Source: Pristiophorus japonicus
Lineage: Eukaryota
Length of the DNA: 64,000 nt
NCBI RefSeq assembly: GCF_044704955.1
Contig: NW_027252668.1
Coordinates: forward strand, 3,224,001-3,288,000
Direction: 5' to 3'
Below the pieces are notes generated by a model, which had not been told where the DNA came from, did not search any database, and saw only the letters and a list, made by a program, of their open reading frames with translations. Of the stretch, positions 63,220 through 64,000 are shown one piece after another. Position 1 is the stretch's first letter, and the number at the start of each line of letters is the position of its first letter. Made by a program: the position numbers and the translations under genes.

Positions 63220-64000
63220 ACATAGAAACATAGAAAATAGGTGCAGGAGTAGGCCATTCAGCCCTTCGAGCCTGCATCGCCATTCAATGAGTTCATGGCT
63301 TAACATGCAACTTCAGTACCCCATTCCTGCTTTCTTGCCATACCCCTTGATCCCCCTAGTAGTAAGGACTTCATCTAACTCCTTTTTGAATATATTTAGT
63401 GAATTGGCCTCAACAACTTTCTGTGGTGGAGAATTCCACAGGTTCACCACTCTCTGGGTGAAGAAGTTTCTCCTCATCTCGGTCCTAAATGGCTTACCCC
63501 TTATCCTTAGACTGTGACCCCTGGTTCTGGACTTCCCCAACATTGGGAACATTCTTCCTGCATCTAACCTGTCTAAACCCATCAGAATTTTAAACGTTTC
63601 TATGAGATCCCCTCTCATTCTTCTGAACTCCAGTGAATACAAGCCCAGTTGATCCAGTCTTTCTTGATATGTCAGTCCCGCCATCCCGGGAATCAGTCTG
63701 GTGAACCTTCGCTGCACTCCCTCAATAGCAAGAATGTCCTTCCTCAAGTTAGGAGACCAAAACTGTACACAATACTCCAGGTGTGGCCTCACCAAGGCCC
63801 TGTACAACTGTAGTAACACCTCCCTGCTCCTGTACTCAAATCCTCTCGCTATGAAGGCCAACATGCCATTTGCTTTCTTAACCGCCTGCTGTACCTGCGT
63901 GCCAACCTTCAATGACTGACGTACCATGACACCCAGGTCCCGTTGCACCTCCCCTTTTCCTAATCTGTCACCATTCAGATAATAGTCTGTCTCTCTGTTT
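63220..64000 (-). mobile_element. Young CR1 LINE 3' part, continues off the window end
   Basis: Open ORF 63313-63948 nearly identical to 36640-37273; (CATAGAAA)n tail. Confidence 0.95.

Overview
Eukaryotic, repeat-rich vertebrate DNA. The CR1/L2/RTE/Tx1 repeat spectrum and KRAB-less zinc-finger genes suggest a cartilaginous fish, which is an inference. The window holds (i) an incomplete replication-dependent histone cluster: intact H2A, H3.2 and H4 with 3' stem-loops, a 5'-decapitated H1, and no H2B; (ii) two C2H2 zinc-finger genes, one truncated paralogue and several CpG-island promoter-like modules; (iii) heavily nested retroelements: many CR1 LINEs, L2, RTE, a full-length but decayed Tx1-clade L1, a two-LTR Gypsy provirus and a solo LTR; (iv) at least ten minisatellites. 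The most unusual object is a ~353-bp retroposon between H3 and H4 (6520-6872, minus). It is a mosaic of U2 and U1 snRNA pieces with its own tail, a short poly(A), a 13-bp target-site duplication and an extra 5' G, so it is a candidate snRNA-derived SINE. Other leads: possible conserved stop-codon readthrough in the ZNF genes, a Tx1 insertion beside a tRNA-Trp relic, and CDE/CHR-type elements at matching positions in three histone promoters. Repeat boundaries are read by eye and approximate unless a TSD is quoted.
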